Part shown: positions 53,106-64,000 of the stretch, one piece after another
How positions within the stretch are numbered: the stretch's first letter is position 1
Layout of the letters: every line of letters begins with the position of its first letter
Assembly: GCA_963789265.1 (NCBI GenBank)
Contig: CAWBKB010000003.1
Coordinates: forward strand, 320,001 to 384,000
DNA length: 64,000 nt
Source of the DNA: an uncultured delta proteobacterium
GTDB lineage: Bacteria; Desulfobacterota; Desulfomonilia; Desulfomonilales; Desulfomonilaceae
Reading direction: 5' to 3'
Position numbers and translations under genes: made by a program
The notes under the pieces: generated by a model
What the model was told of the DNA's origin: nothing
What the model saw: only the letters and a program-made list of their open reading frames with translations
Database searches by the model: none

Positions 53106-53888
53106 ATGATCATGGTTGAGGCTGCGAAAAGGAAAGAAAGAAAAGGTCGAGCAATCGCACTAGGTCTCGTGGATGCCTTGAGGATGGTGGAGCAAATTCA
53201 CCGACAGGGTGCGGGATCTGACGTTCCTAAAACTTCGCTTGGGCATATACTTGGGTCCAAACCAACTAGCAGCCTCTTTGATCGAAAAGTCGCCGCGTTG
53301 AAGTCCTATGGACTCATAGAGACACGGGGAGAAATGATTGCCTTAACCCCATTAGGCAAAACTTACGCGATGCCCACAAGCGCAGAAGAGAAAAGCCAAA
53401 TAGCGCTCCAGGCTTTCAGGGAGGTTTCGTTATTCGATAGGCTATTGAGCCAATATAACGGGAATCCCCTACCTGAAATTAATCAATTCTTTTATAACCA
53501 GGTGGCAAGCACTTATGGAATTTCCAATGAGGAAGTGGCCAAATGGATAAAGGAATTTATGGGAGCAGCGCGGCACACTGGTTGTCTCGTTTCAGAACAA
53601 GGACATGATGTTGTTCGTCTTCCCGACCCTGTTGGTGCACCTTTACCTCAACTTAAAGGAGATGCACCGACGATGAACATTCAAGAAACACAAGAATCTT
53701 TTGAAATGGTCAGTTTGAGAATTGAGGGGGCACAAATGACAGTGAACGTTCCTGACAAGGTGGACCCTAATCTTCTCAAAGAAACGATTGGCGCAACAGA
53801 AGACGCTTTAGAGCTTTTGCGTAGAAAGTGGAAGCGGTTAACAGGGCAGCCTTCTCCAACCGATCTAGCTAAAACGCCTCAGAATTAG
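53106..53888 (+). CDS. Winged-helix-like passenger protein
   Basis: KVAALKSYGLIE..IALTPLG pattern; AAAGGAG RBS. Confidence 0.7.
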   Translation: MIMVEAAKRKERKGRAIALGLVDALRMVEQIHRQGAGSDVPKTSLGHILGSKPTSSLFDRKVAALKSYGLIETRGEMIALTPLGKTYAMPTSAEEKSQIALQAFREVSLFDRLLSQYNGNPLPEINQFFYNQVASTYGISNEEVAKWIKEFMGAARHTGCLVSEQGHDVVRLPDPVGAPLPQLKGDAPTMNIQETQESFEMVSLRIEGAQMTVNVPDKVDPNLLKETIGATEDALELLRRKWKRLTGQPSPTDLAKTPQN

Positions 53889-53965
53889 GGGGCCATAATG
53901 CGAAGACCCCGCAGCCTGGATCACGCCAATGAATACAGACTACAGGGTCGCGTCGGATTCACAGT

Positions 53966-54036
53966 GGGGCCTGCATGGTGCCTTCCCGGACTTTACACCC
54001 AGAGGAAGCGCGGTTCGAATCCGCCAGGCTCCACCA
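53966..54036 (+). ncRNA. 71-nt irregular tRNA-like RNA with G3:U70 and A73-CCA
   Basis: GGGGCCTG pairs with CAGGCTCC, then ACCA; GCGG-TTCGAAT-CCGC T arm; no canonical D arm. Confidence 0.65.
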
Positions 54037-54070
54037 CATCTGAGTATAAGACATACTCAGGGAGAATTCA

Positions 54071-54895
54071 ATGAATAAGTTGGGGTTGGATAAGCAAACG
54101 GCAGTTATAAGTGCGCTGGTTGAAGGTGTCTCCATTCGCTCCATAGAGCGCATGACTGGAGTTCACCGGGACACAATTATGCGATTGATGGTACGCGTAG
54201 GTGACGGTTGTCAACGGCTCATGGACGAGAAGATGCGAAGTCTTCCCTGTAAGCATCTTCAACTTGACGAGATATGGTGTTATGTCGGCAAGAAGCAGCG
54301 CCACGTGAAAGACACCGACGATTCTTCTACGGTTGGGGACTTCTACACCTGGGTTGCTATCGACTCTGCCACGAAGCTGATTCCATCTTACAGGGTCGGG
54401 AAACGGGACGCTGAGACAGGACAGGCTTTTGTTGACGACTTGGCTGACCGCTTGGCTAACCGAGTTCAGATCAGTTCAGATGGTCTCAACATCTATGTGG
54501 ATGCTATTGAAGGGTCCTTTGGAGCAGACGTAGACTATGCCCAAATTGTAAAGTTCTATGAAGCGGAACCGATTGGACCCGGTAGATACTCGCCTCCCAA
54601 GGTCGTGAAGGTCGAAAAGTCGTATATCGCTGGGAATCCCGACTTGAATATTGCCTCTACCTCTTATATCGAAAGACAAAATCTGACGATGCGCATGGCG
54701 ATGCGCCGGTTTACCCGGCTGACCAATGCGTTCAGCAAGAAGGTTGAGAACCTGAAAGCTGCCGTGGCCCTGCATTTCGCCCATTACAACTTTGTGCGGG
54801 TTCACAAGACACTGAGAGTGACACCTGCGATGGAAGCAGGGATATCAAACAGACTGTGGAGCATCCGGGAAATGGTAGAGATGATAGGCGACTGA
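54071..54895 (+). CDS. IS1-family DDE transposase, single ORF
   Basis: HTH EGVSIRSIERMTGVHRDT; QLDEIW, SSDG, SYIERQNLTMR, RFTRLTNAFSKK. Confidence 0.93.
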   Translation: MNKLGLDKQTAVISALVEGVSIRSIERMTGVHRDTIMRLMVRVGDGCQRLMDEKMRSLPCKHLQLDEIWCYVGKKQRHVKDTDDSSTVGDFYTWVAIDSATKLIPSYRVGKRDAETGQAFVDDLADRLANRVQISSDGLNIYVDAIEGSFGADVDYAQIVKFYEAEPIGPGRYSPPKVVKVEKSYIAGNPDLNIASTSYIERQNLTMRMAMRRFTRLTNAFSKKVENLKAAVALHFAHYNFVRVHKTLRVTPAMEAGISNRLWSIREMVEMIGD

Positions 54896-55489
54896 TTACC
54901 GATTCTTCTTTCTTGAAAGCTTTGTTAGTGCAGCTTTACTTTTACGCTTCGATTTGTCGAACCCTCTGGCGGCCCCGGAAGAGCTGGGCTGACGAATAAT
55001 TTGGGGGCGATTCTGGGGATTTTCAGGGTGTTCAGGATGCGATATGCTGGGGATGTCGATTGTACATGTTCCCGTGAATCCGTCATAGGTGAAATAAGTA
55101 TTTCTCAGTACATCCCTTCCGACTAGCATACCTATACGTCCGACAAGCGGATCGGCCATCTCGCAGACCCATTTGTTCGATATCCAAAAATTACTGCCAT
55201 CGAAGGTGAAATCTACGGAATAAACTTTACAAAGTTCGAGGCTATGGGCTCCCTGTATAGGGATTTTATCCGCCGCCTGCAAACCAAGTTGTGCGGCCAA
55301 ATCTGCTGATATGGCTGTAATTGATGCGCCCGTATCAATAAGCGCTATCGTCTGAATTTCGGTTGATCCTCCGGTAAGCTGAGCAACAGATATAGGGACC
55401 TTGAGAGAGACATTCAACACCGGTCCCATGCCCAACAACTTATTCCAAGGACCCGGGATGATGCAGCGCCTAGGAATAAACTGGGGCAT
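54896..55489 (-). CDS. Retropepsin-like (clan AA) aspartic protease
   Basis: ALIDTGAS and LVGRDVL motifs; basic C-terminal tail. Confidence 0.85.
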   Translation of the reverse strand: MPQFIPRRCIIPGPWNKLLGMGPVLNVSLKVPISVAQLTGGSTEIQTIALIDTGASITAISADLAAQLGLQAADKIPIQGAHSLELCKVYSVDFTFDGSNFWISNKWVCEMADPLVGRIGMLVGRDVLRNTYFTYDGFTGTCTIDIPSISHPEHPENPQNRPQIIRQPSSSGAARGFDKSKRKSKAALTKLSRKKNR

Positions 55490-55733
55490 GAAATAATCCT
55501 AGAGTCAAGTTTACAGATATCTCAATTGGTTCACGCTTTTCCGTGATTTGCCTCACTAGAATCTGAGCTGACTGTGTGGCCTTAACCCCCTGTTCATACG
55601 CCTCAGCGAAAGACTCAAAGAATCCTAAAAGTTTTTGCTGATGAATAACTACCCATTTCCCTTTATGATCGACAAGCCATTCTCGCCAATGCTCGTCAAA
55701 CCATTCAATTTCCTTATCGAGATAGTCGGCCAT
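55470..55733 (-). CDS. Small DUF5678-like protein
   Basis: HKGKWVVIHQQKLLGFFESFAEAYEQG; overlaps the protease start. Confidence 0.65.
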   Translation of the reverse strand: MADYLDKEIEWFDEHWREWLVDHKGKWVVIHQQKLLGFFESFAEAYEQGVKATQSAQILVRQITEKREPIEISVNLTLGLFHAPVYS

Positions 55734-56283
55734 GATGAAACCTCCGATGATTGATCAGCCGAAACCATTCCTAAGATAAAATTAATAGATTGAACGATTC
55801 AAGTCAAATAGTTTCCAGGTTGTAGCGGAAAGTCGAGAAAAGAAACCCTGAGGTACACGTCCCCTAATTGATACTCCATATCTTATCACGGCAATCCAAA
55901 TTAGGACACTACCCAACTGCCGACTAATGGCATTCCAAAGGAGTTCAAGCCATTTCGCAACTTAGCAGACATGTTTCAGGGTTATTGGGAGATAACTGTG
56001 CATCGGGCAATCAGGCCCGCGGTCCGGGCGGGATCACCGTCCCGCGAGACGCGAGATGCGCGGAAAATGCAGAGAAAAACAATAGCTAGTCCAACGCCAC
56101 GTGAGCCATCGCAGCGTACAGTCAAGCTGGAATTGTCCTCCCTATTGCATGCCGGAATTTGCTATACCCTTTCGCATTAGGTGTGGAGAAAATAGAATTC
56201 TCCGCGGTCTCTGCGTTCTCCGCGGTAAATTACTACGAAATAAGGAGGCAATCCCCCCCGGGGATTACCCAGGGAGAAAAAGG

Positions 56284-57054
56284 ATGAAGAAACGGTGGTT
56301 GCCGGCCGCGATGGCGATCGCTGCTATTGCTCTCCTGGAAACGAGTGTCGTACACGCGGGGCCCCGAGATGCAGGTGGAGAAGAGAAAAGATCCGTGAAT
56401 ACTTTGCGCCTTTACGGCCCCGGAGGTCCGCTTGGTCCCATGAAAGAATGTGCGGACAAATTTTCCGAGAAGACGGGGACAGAGATAAGCATAACCACCG
56501 GCACGCCGCCGCAGTGGATCGAGCAGGCCGAGCAGAACGGTGACCTGATCTTCGAGGGTGCCGAGTACATGCTGAATGACTTCATGCAATCACATCCGGG
56601 CATTGTGGACGAGGCATCCATTACCGGGCTCTACGCGAGAGCTGCGGCAATCCTGGTGAGACATGGCAACCCAAAGCACATAGCAACGCTCGACGATTTG
56701 GCCAAAGCCGGGACCAAGATCATGGTTGTCACCCTGGAAAAGATGGAAGAGGTATACGGCCGCGTCCCCGGAATCCAGTACAACATTGTGAAGCCCGTGT
56801 TGACGGGCCGCGAGGCTGCACGAAATTGGAAGACGATGCCGGAACTCGATGCATGGATCACGTACGAATCTTGGGGCTGCGCTCTGGCAGACGACACAGA
56901 TATAATTCAGATTCCAGAGGAAAACCGAGTCTTACGAATCACCCCTATCGCCATGCTCAACAGATCAAAGAACAAGAAATTGGGCATGGAATTCATCAAA
57001 TTCCTGAGAAGTGGCGAAGTGCACCGGATATTTCAAACATGGGGCTGGAAGTAG
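56284..57054 (+). CDS. Periplasmic substrate-binding protein (AcfC/ModA-like)
   Basis: Signal peptide; YGPGGP, ILVRHGNPKHI, DAWI, IFQTWGW. Confidence 0.82.
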   Translation: MKKRWLPAAMAIAAIALLETSVVHAGPRDAGGEEKRSVNTLRLYGPGGPLGPMKECADKFSEKTGTEISITTGTPPQWIEQAEQNGDLIFEGAEYMLNDFMQSHPGIVDEASITGLYARAAAILVRHGNPKHIATLDDLAKAGTKIMVVTLEKMEEVYGRVPGIQYNIVKPVLTGREAARNWKTMPELDAWITYESWGCALADDTDIIQIPEENRVLRITPIAMLNRSKNKKLGMEFIKFLRSGEVHRIFQTWGWK

Positions 57055-57221
57055 AAATTCCGACAATTGTGGAGGGCGGATCTTGAATCCCGTTGGGGCG
57101 CGACGCCAGAACGGAAAATCCGCCTTGTTGTTTGCCCCAACGCGGCGGATTCTCAGGTCCGTATGCCCCAGACTCCCACTAACTTCCCGGAAAGAGGCTT
57201 CTGGGGCCAAACTGCACTCGG

Positions 57222-58443
57222 TCACCGGCTCCTATTCACCTTTTTGAGTTCCTCTGGGGTGCGGCATATCTGCTCACCCTGAATCGACTGGATGTTCGTG
57301 AGCACTGAGAAGCCGTATTTTTCGCTGTACGCCGTCTCGCCCCACACAACGTCTTCCACCACCTGATGGTCTCTCGGCCGCATGACCTTCCACCCTTCCG
57401 GGGTCAGCCAGGCGAGCGGCTCTTTTTCCACTGCCTTAACTATTGCTTCGGGATCTGTGGTCCTGGCACGTTCCACGGCCGCCTTGATAAAGTAAACACC
57501 AGCGTAGGTCTCTTCAGTCATGTAATCCGGATACTCTTTGTATTTCTCGTGGTATTTCTTTACGAAGTCCCGGTTTTCGGCAGAGTCGGGAGTGGTGAAA
57601 AAATACCGGGAGGCCATGTATAGACCAGCCGGAGTCTCTTTGCCGAGTGGGACGAGAGTCTCCAGAGCGGCGCCCACGGGAAACGCGAACTTGATCTTGT
57701 CAAACAGCTTGGCTTCCTTGGCCTGCTTGATGAAGTTCACTGCATCTCGTCCCCACAAGGGGCACCACACTGCATCCGGCTTGGCCTTACGAATCTGCTC
57801 TATTTGCGCGGAGTAGTCCTTGGCCATAAGCTTGGGAAACGTTTCGCCCACTATTTCTACTTCGGGCTTTAGTTCCTTGAGTTTTTCCATGAACAAGCGC
57901 CAGGATTCGTGGCCATAGTTGTAGTCCGGCCCGATGCACATCCATCTCTTGTAAGGCTTTGCGGCCATGTAATAGGCGCCTGACCGGGAATGCATCATTA
58001 TGTTGCTCAGAGGTACTGAAGAGGTAAGGATTGAACTTGGCTCCTGTCACGGCATCTGTGGCTGCTTGCGTCACAATAAGGATCTTCTTGTGCTTTCGAG
58101 CAATTTCCGACAGAGACAGAGCCAGGCCGCTGGAGGTCGGTCCCATGAGGAAGTCCACTTTGTCCTCACCAATGAATTTCTCCGCGAGTTTCGCCGCAAC
58201 ATCCGGTTTCAATTTCGTGTCCCCGAAGAACGCCACCAGCTTCCGGCCGAGCACACCGCCTCCGGCGTTGATCTCTTCCACAGCCATATCTATGGCCCGC
58301 TTGGCATTTATTCCATAACCGCCGAGCGGCCCGGAGCTTATGAACATCGCTCCCAGTTTGATGGGCTTTTCAGCCGCTTGCGAAGCACTGAAGAGTGACA
58401 TCGCCAGGCACAAACCCAAAGAAACAAGCAACAGCCTCTTCAT
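57222..58443 (-). CDS. Branched-chain-type ABC substrate-binding protein; +1 frameshift near 58011
   Basis: Signal peptide, EINAGGGVLGRK, PDYNYG, MRPRDHQ; removing one T joins the ORFs (FSTLSNIMMHSR). Confidence 0.85.
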
Positions 58444-59288
58444 GATCGACCCCCTGCAAGTCATCATTCGTAAGAGTTGAGGTTGAATGACTCTCCGCCT
58501 AACCAAAGAATCTCCAGGGATTATTATGAAGCGCCGACCGGTTCGGGGTCAACCGGAGCCTCGACCTGGCGCTCGATAGCCCTTCAGACCGCAAAAAGCT
58601 CCGTATCGCCTCCCGCAATACCGACGGACGCAAAACCGTCATCATGTTGAGAGAAAAGCCCGTTGTTTCCCGGCCTTGAAGGTAACTCTCTCCACGGTCA
58701 CATGTCAAACGCAATCTTCATCATAGAATCGCGCTGAGAAACGACATGCGACGAGTCAATGGGCTTCACCGTAGGGACACACCGTTATGGGTTGGAGTCT
58801 AGAGCGGTGAACACCACAAACCGTAACGATCCACAACCGAATGACGCAAAATTGACAGAGCGGTGAGCGAACTGGTCCAGGAAGTGCACCATGATAAAAA
58901 GAGACGCGTGATGGCACAATCCTCGGGGCGACATGAGAGACCTCACCGAAATGGAGGCATCTCACCGCAGAAGGGTGCTTGCGGGGTCCAAGGCCAATGA
59001 AAGACTTGACTCGTTCCTTCTGGATGAGGGTGAGATCGAGGTTTGTAACATCCTAGAACGCGGGCGTGGAGCGGATTATCATTGGTTTGGCGTGGCGCCT
59101 GAAGACAGTGGCGTAAATAGGCTGCGGCATCGGAAACATGAGGTTGACTACGCAGCGACTGTATCTGGAAAGCGCGGATAGGGCATGATGGCGAATACAA
59201 GGCTTATCCAGACGCGTTGGGACTACGGTGGTGCGGTGTTTTCCGAATAGATTCGGGTGCCATTTGACGAACATTGGCACCCCTGCGG

Positions 59289-62200
59289 TCACCGGTCAAA
59301 CAGATGGAACACTTCGTCAATGCCGTAAGCTTGAATTTCAGTCATGCGGTCTATCATGTCTAGGCATCGCCTTTGAAGCGCTGCATTCGTATTTTGGCTG
59401 TAAATTCGGACTACTAATTTTCCAATGATAGTTGCAGCCCATCCTTCGGACCCAGCGGGGCTACTCGCGGCGGTTCCGACCTGCTCCAAAAAAAGTTCAC
59501 ACACTCGGCAGGTTATCTCCGGGAGCCTCGCTGTGGTTTTTTCCAAAGCCTCTATTAACGGCAAGCTGTGGATCTTAAAGGCGGGGCTTTGGACGAATTT
59601 TTCAACAAGAGAGATGTGGTTCCCCAGTTGGTCCCCCTTGAAACCTCCAAAACATCTTGCGGCGATCTTTGCCACATTTTCATCTTTATCACGAAAGAGT
59701 CGTTCCAATGCCTTATGGCAGAAAGAGGATGTGTCGTACCATTTCGCATTGGCTGCGAAGACCTCAGCGGCGGCAGTTCGTTCCACGACAGATCCATTCA
59801 AACACTGGGTTGCTAAGGGACGAGCCGCTGTGATGCGTAGCGACGCCAGACACGATCTGGTGGCACCGACCTTCCGGACGCCCTCAACATCTGAAGCCAG
59901 CATCCATCCTAAGATTGGTTTTAATGAATCAAAATGAGTCATTAGGGCATAATAGAGGAAGGCGTCCGCATGGGAGGTACCCAGAAGCCTATCGTCCGCT
60001 GACACTAGTTCTTTGAAGAGGTGAACAGCAATGTCCCTGTCATGGTTGAGCATTATAATTAGCGGAGCAGTGGCGCATGCACGCACGGCAAGAGATATGT
60101 CGCGGACGATCAACTCAATCGCCGGAAGCAGTAATTGCAAGGCCTGAGGATGATGCTGAAGAATCACAGCCATAGCCTCAGCAGCGCTTCCCCTAACCGA
60201 ATTGAACCCGGCCTCTAAAATTTTTCCCCGAAATATTCGGTCCCACCCGTTTCTTCCTTGTTCCAAAGTTCTTTGTCTGGATCAGGATCTTGAGTCGCAT
60301 ACCAAGCTAAAACATCCAAAAGTTCTTGCGGTAGCAAAAGAGAGGCATTTTCCTTGATTGCCGCAATAATTGGACGACCACAAGGTCGATCTGGCAATTT
60401 GTGGCAACGATCAACAGCCCTGAAAATTAATTTTGCATCCTTCGCGATTCCGGCCAATCCGCTCAAGATCGCGTTGAAATATCGAGGATTGATATCATTG
60501 GGAAGACTCTCGATCAATTTGATATATCGCTGGGGGTCTTTTCTGGTCTGCCCTTCTAACAATCGTGAAAGCTCCTCAGTGCCGCCCACACCATTGTTGA
60601 ACCTCCATGCTCCATCTTCAGCCGCGTACTTTCTGAGAGCCCGCACCCATTGCTCATCGGTCATTTTTCCTGCCGCGGCTGCGGGAATGGGAGGTGCAAG
60701 TCGCACGCTTCTGCCAAATGGTTCAGGGACGTCGGCGTACCGGTCCAAACTTTCTCCGCAATTCTTGAAGCCGTTTCTGTACGGCTGGTGACAATCGCGA
60801 CGCTTCGATGCCTTTCAATAAAACGAATTGCGCGTGGCCATGCTGTCCCTTCCCTCGGGCCGTTTTCTCAAATTGCGGATAATAATTAAGTATGGTGGTC
60901 TCGAGTCGCTCTATTCGATCTCGGCTGCAATAGGGGGTGATGGCCTCCAAGAGTTGTCTTGTGGCCCATTGCGGTTCGCCTACATATCCGGTCCTGAGGC
61001 GAAACGTTTCCTCACACAAATAGTCGCAAGCTTCATCGGCAAATCTGGGACCATTGGCCGCATACGACCGAACTAAGAGAAACTGAACGGTATCAAAACA
61101 TGACTCCTTAAGTATCTCGGCAATCACGGCAAACCGCTCAGGGTAATGGGAAGCGAGATCAGACAAAGCCCTTTCCATCGGTTCTAATAGGGGGGCGTCT
61201 GGGCTGTGATGACCCGAGACATCTCTCAGATAAAAAATGGGGTCTGGCCACGGGGGCCTACCTTCCTTAATAGCGGTGAGTTCGACAACTTTGATGACAA
61301 ATGGTAACAAGTTGTCCACGAATGAAACCGAAGCCAGCTTTGCGCAAGTTAATGCAAATTCAGCCAGGAATTGACTGTGAGGGATATGGGTGACAAAAGG
61401 ATTGTTCTTCCCCGCCTCCAGACTCAAATTTAGCCGACGGTTTAAATAATGATTCATCAGCTCACAGGCCCATTCGGGATGCTGCTCTGGCAAGCCATAG
61501 AAGAAACTCCAAAAATCACTATTCACGCCCCTAGGTCTTTTAAAATCATCGAAAAGCCCCCGATCCAAAAGTTGCAACGAAAGATCTAAAAAATCCCTGC
61601 CAGCACCCATGTCGGCATACTGGACAATGTACATCAGGCGTTGATCCCACTCTTTCGAAATACCTATGTAGCTGCTGAGCAGTTCAGCCACACGGGTCGG
61701 GAAGTACTTCTGAACGCCGGACAAGAGATACACTCCTAGGTTAGCAACACGGTCATCGCTGGAAGCCAGCCAACTGCTAATTATTGCCAGCTTATCCAGC
61801 AATTCGAACCACGGAACAGATCCACGGAGGACATGAAATACGTGTTCCATACCGGACAGTTTTCTCAAGCAATAATTCTCCAAAACCTCCCATTCTTCTT
61901 CCATTGGGTCTTTCAGGCTCTTCAATATGTCAAATATCACCCTCTTTAGATGAAATCGCACTCCGGCATCATTTATTACGGCGCTAAGATCCTTCAGATA
62001 CGAACCTTTGTTAGATCTGTTTCTCTCATAAACTAGAATTTGCCGGATCTGCGAACGTCGGAAGAGATGCTGCTCATCATCCCTTAAGAATTCCAGCAAA
62101 TCGCGCTCTTCAGCATGAAACCGACACGCGTAAGCGTAGTCAAAGAAAGTCTCATGAAAAAAAGCATATTGCCTTCCTTCACGGACGAGAATGTTTTCCG

Positions 62201-63789
62201 AAACCATAAGCTCGGCATCCAGGAGGAACGCGTCAAGTGTCTCTTCAGGCAGCGCTCAGGACACAGTTGCGACTCATATATTTACATAAAGTGTCAATTA
62301 CTTTCGTCCACTCCAGTCGAAAATGATGACACCGACTTATCTCCACCTGCTTTTGACGCCAAAAAATATCGTAAAGATTATTTACTGTGCCAAAACTTGG
62401 CGAGTCTAAAGAAGTCTCCTGAGCCTCAGTAAGTAATTTAAGATGTATCGGTATCGACAGTAGTCTCATCTCGTTCTGTGTCAGAATGTCCGCGCTAATA
62501 TTGGCTGCAGACAGCGTTTCTAGCACCATTTCGTCGGAGAAATTGGTGATTTCTTCAGACCTGAAAGCCAATGAAGTCGAAAGTTGCCGGAGTCGGTGAT
62601 CATTCTCCAAATCGAACTTTCGACAGCCCAGAATTAACCGCACATGGGAATAGAGTTGGGCCTGGGCAATGATTTCATTTACACACTCAAAAAAATCCGG
62701 GTGCCGTCCGGAGGTCAGACTGACTGCATCTAATTGATCAATAATTAGAACACATTTTTTCCCCTTTGCCGTTGACGCTATGACATGGAGAGGTGAACCC
62801 GGCAGGCCTATCTGCTCACCTACTTTCTCGGGCAGCGTCGTAGGCTTCAAGCGATCAACGCGGAAAACGAGATAAGGAACCCCGGCCTCAGCCAAAGCAT
62901 CAACTACTTCGAGAATCGTGGCGCTCTTACCAATACCCGCCTGCCCGGTAACTAAAGCCCCACGGCACGTGTCCTCAAGAACCAGAGCAGAAACCAAATT
63001 CTGTGCCTCAGGACGCTCAATCAACTTCCCGCGAATCGCGCCGGCCCGAAGAGGATTCTGGTACCGGATGTTCGCCGCGCCCAGCAAAGCCAGCACGTGC
63101 TTGTCTTTACCCCAGTCCCGTCTTACGAACCCGTGTTTTTTGAGATGATTCCAAATATCGTGAGCAGACAATTGACGATGGATGCTGTTTATTATAATTT
63201 GGCACAACACATCAACGATAGTTCTCGGATTTCCCTCAACCAATGCCCCTATGCTTCCTCCAAGCGCATTCCTGAGAATTTTTTCATCGATAGTCCGAAA
63301 CTCTGTCCTTTGCAGGGCTTCAAAGCATCCTTGAGGAGATAAGTCCTTCCAGACTTTGCACAGCGTGTCGAAAGCCTTACTATGTTTCTTCGCAGCCAAG
63401 AATTCAGATTGAAAACTCTCGAATGACATGGCGCTGGTTGCTCTGGAAGCCAATTCGTCCATTTGATAAGCAGAATGGCCGGACACGAAAACGCATTTGG
63501 TGTCGGGTTGTTTAAGTTTTTCAGCAAAATTGAGTAGGATTTTGGAGAGGGCATCAATAGTCCAGCGTCCTTCACCCGTAATTTGTCTCTTTACTTGATG
63601 AAATTCTCTGACCTTATCTTTCTTAATGTAGAACTCGACGCCCTTTCCCGCGTCACCAGGCGGCTCCAAGTATATGGATTCGGGCTGCATTCCATCAGAT
63701 CGCTCGTCCATGACGTCGACCAAACAAAAGACTGTCCAGAGCCCCTCATAAGTATTTCCAAGTTTGTCGCTGGCTCCACCTGGCATCAT
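59289..63789 (-). CDS. About 1500-aa PD-(D/E)xK-like nuclease + STAND NTPase + helical repeats (Avs-like), split by three frameshifts
   Basis: GNTYE..E..EFHQVKRQ; Walker A GQAGIGKS, Walker B LIIDQLD, FFHETFFDY; four consecutive ORFs join by single-base edits near 62250, 60746 and 60228. Confidence 0.8.
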
Positions 63790-64000
63790 TGGAGTTCCTC
63801 TCTCAAAATTCCTTCAATTCCGGAAGTATATCATGAGGAAGGCCAACCGACTGGCAAAAACGCATCTGGATCCACAGACATCCTCTGACGCGGTTGGAGA
63901 TGCCTGTCCCCGATATTCTAGTCCGCTGGAATACCGGGGTTCCTCGCAATCTACACATCGGCTCGGAGCGGTACCTTTAGCCTCGACAATTCAGTTCTTC

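Larger units (their letters stand above)
52236..55913. mobile_element. IS1-family element with passenger genes, 3678 bp
   Basis: TIR GGTAGTGTCCTAATTTG(A/G)ATT at both ends; target duplication CAACTGCC at 52228-52235 and 55914-55921; one DDE transposase. Confidence 0.95.

Noticed and set aside
53966..54036. Genuine tmRNA or canonical tRNA-Val(TAC)
   Set aside because: Too short for tmRNA with no tag frame; the TAC loop has no proper anticodon stem and there is no D arm. Kept only as tRNA-like.
58450..59288. Riboswitch or small genes between the binding-protein gene and the Avs-like gene
   Set aside because: No recognisable aptamer consensus; the short ORFs overlap in conflicting frames without motifs.

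Overview
A 64-kb bacterial chromosomal window; gene content suggests an anaerobic Desulfomonile-like deltaproteobacterium (inference). The backbone holds dedA, a radical SAM/SPASM gene, glyQS, signalling proteins, a DD-carboxypeptidase, tRNA-Arg(CCT), tRNA-Leu(CAG) and cobamide genes (cobD, cobS, cbiR, and riboswitch-controlled cbpA-cbpB). Accessory DNA: (1) a ~13.7-kb satellite-like element integrated in tRNA-Arg, bounded by a 55-bp direct repeat, with integrase, excisionase, primase-helicase, an iteron origin, a serine resolvase and a TIGR04255/HicB-like/HicA-like triad; (2) a purine-catabolism cluster beside an RNase/barstar pair; (3) a 3.68-kb IS1-family element with passengers, TIRs and an 8-bp target duplication, carrying an unusual 71-nt tRNA-like RNA with alanine identity elements just upstream of its transposase; (4) a ~1500-aa nuclease-STAND (Avs-like) defence gene; (5) an orphan Cys-rich RiPP-like precursor. 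Intergenic DNA is rich in nested MITE/REP-like palindromes. At least eight conserved genes show single-base frameshifts that look like assembly errors, so pseudogene calls are uncertain. All family assignments are from motif recognition, not database searches.
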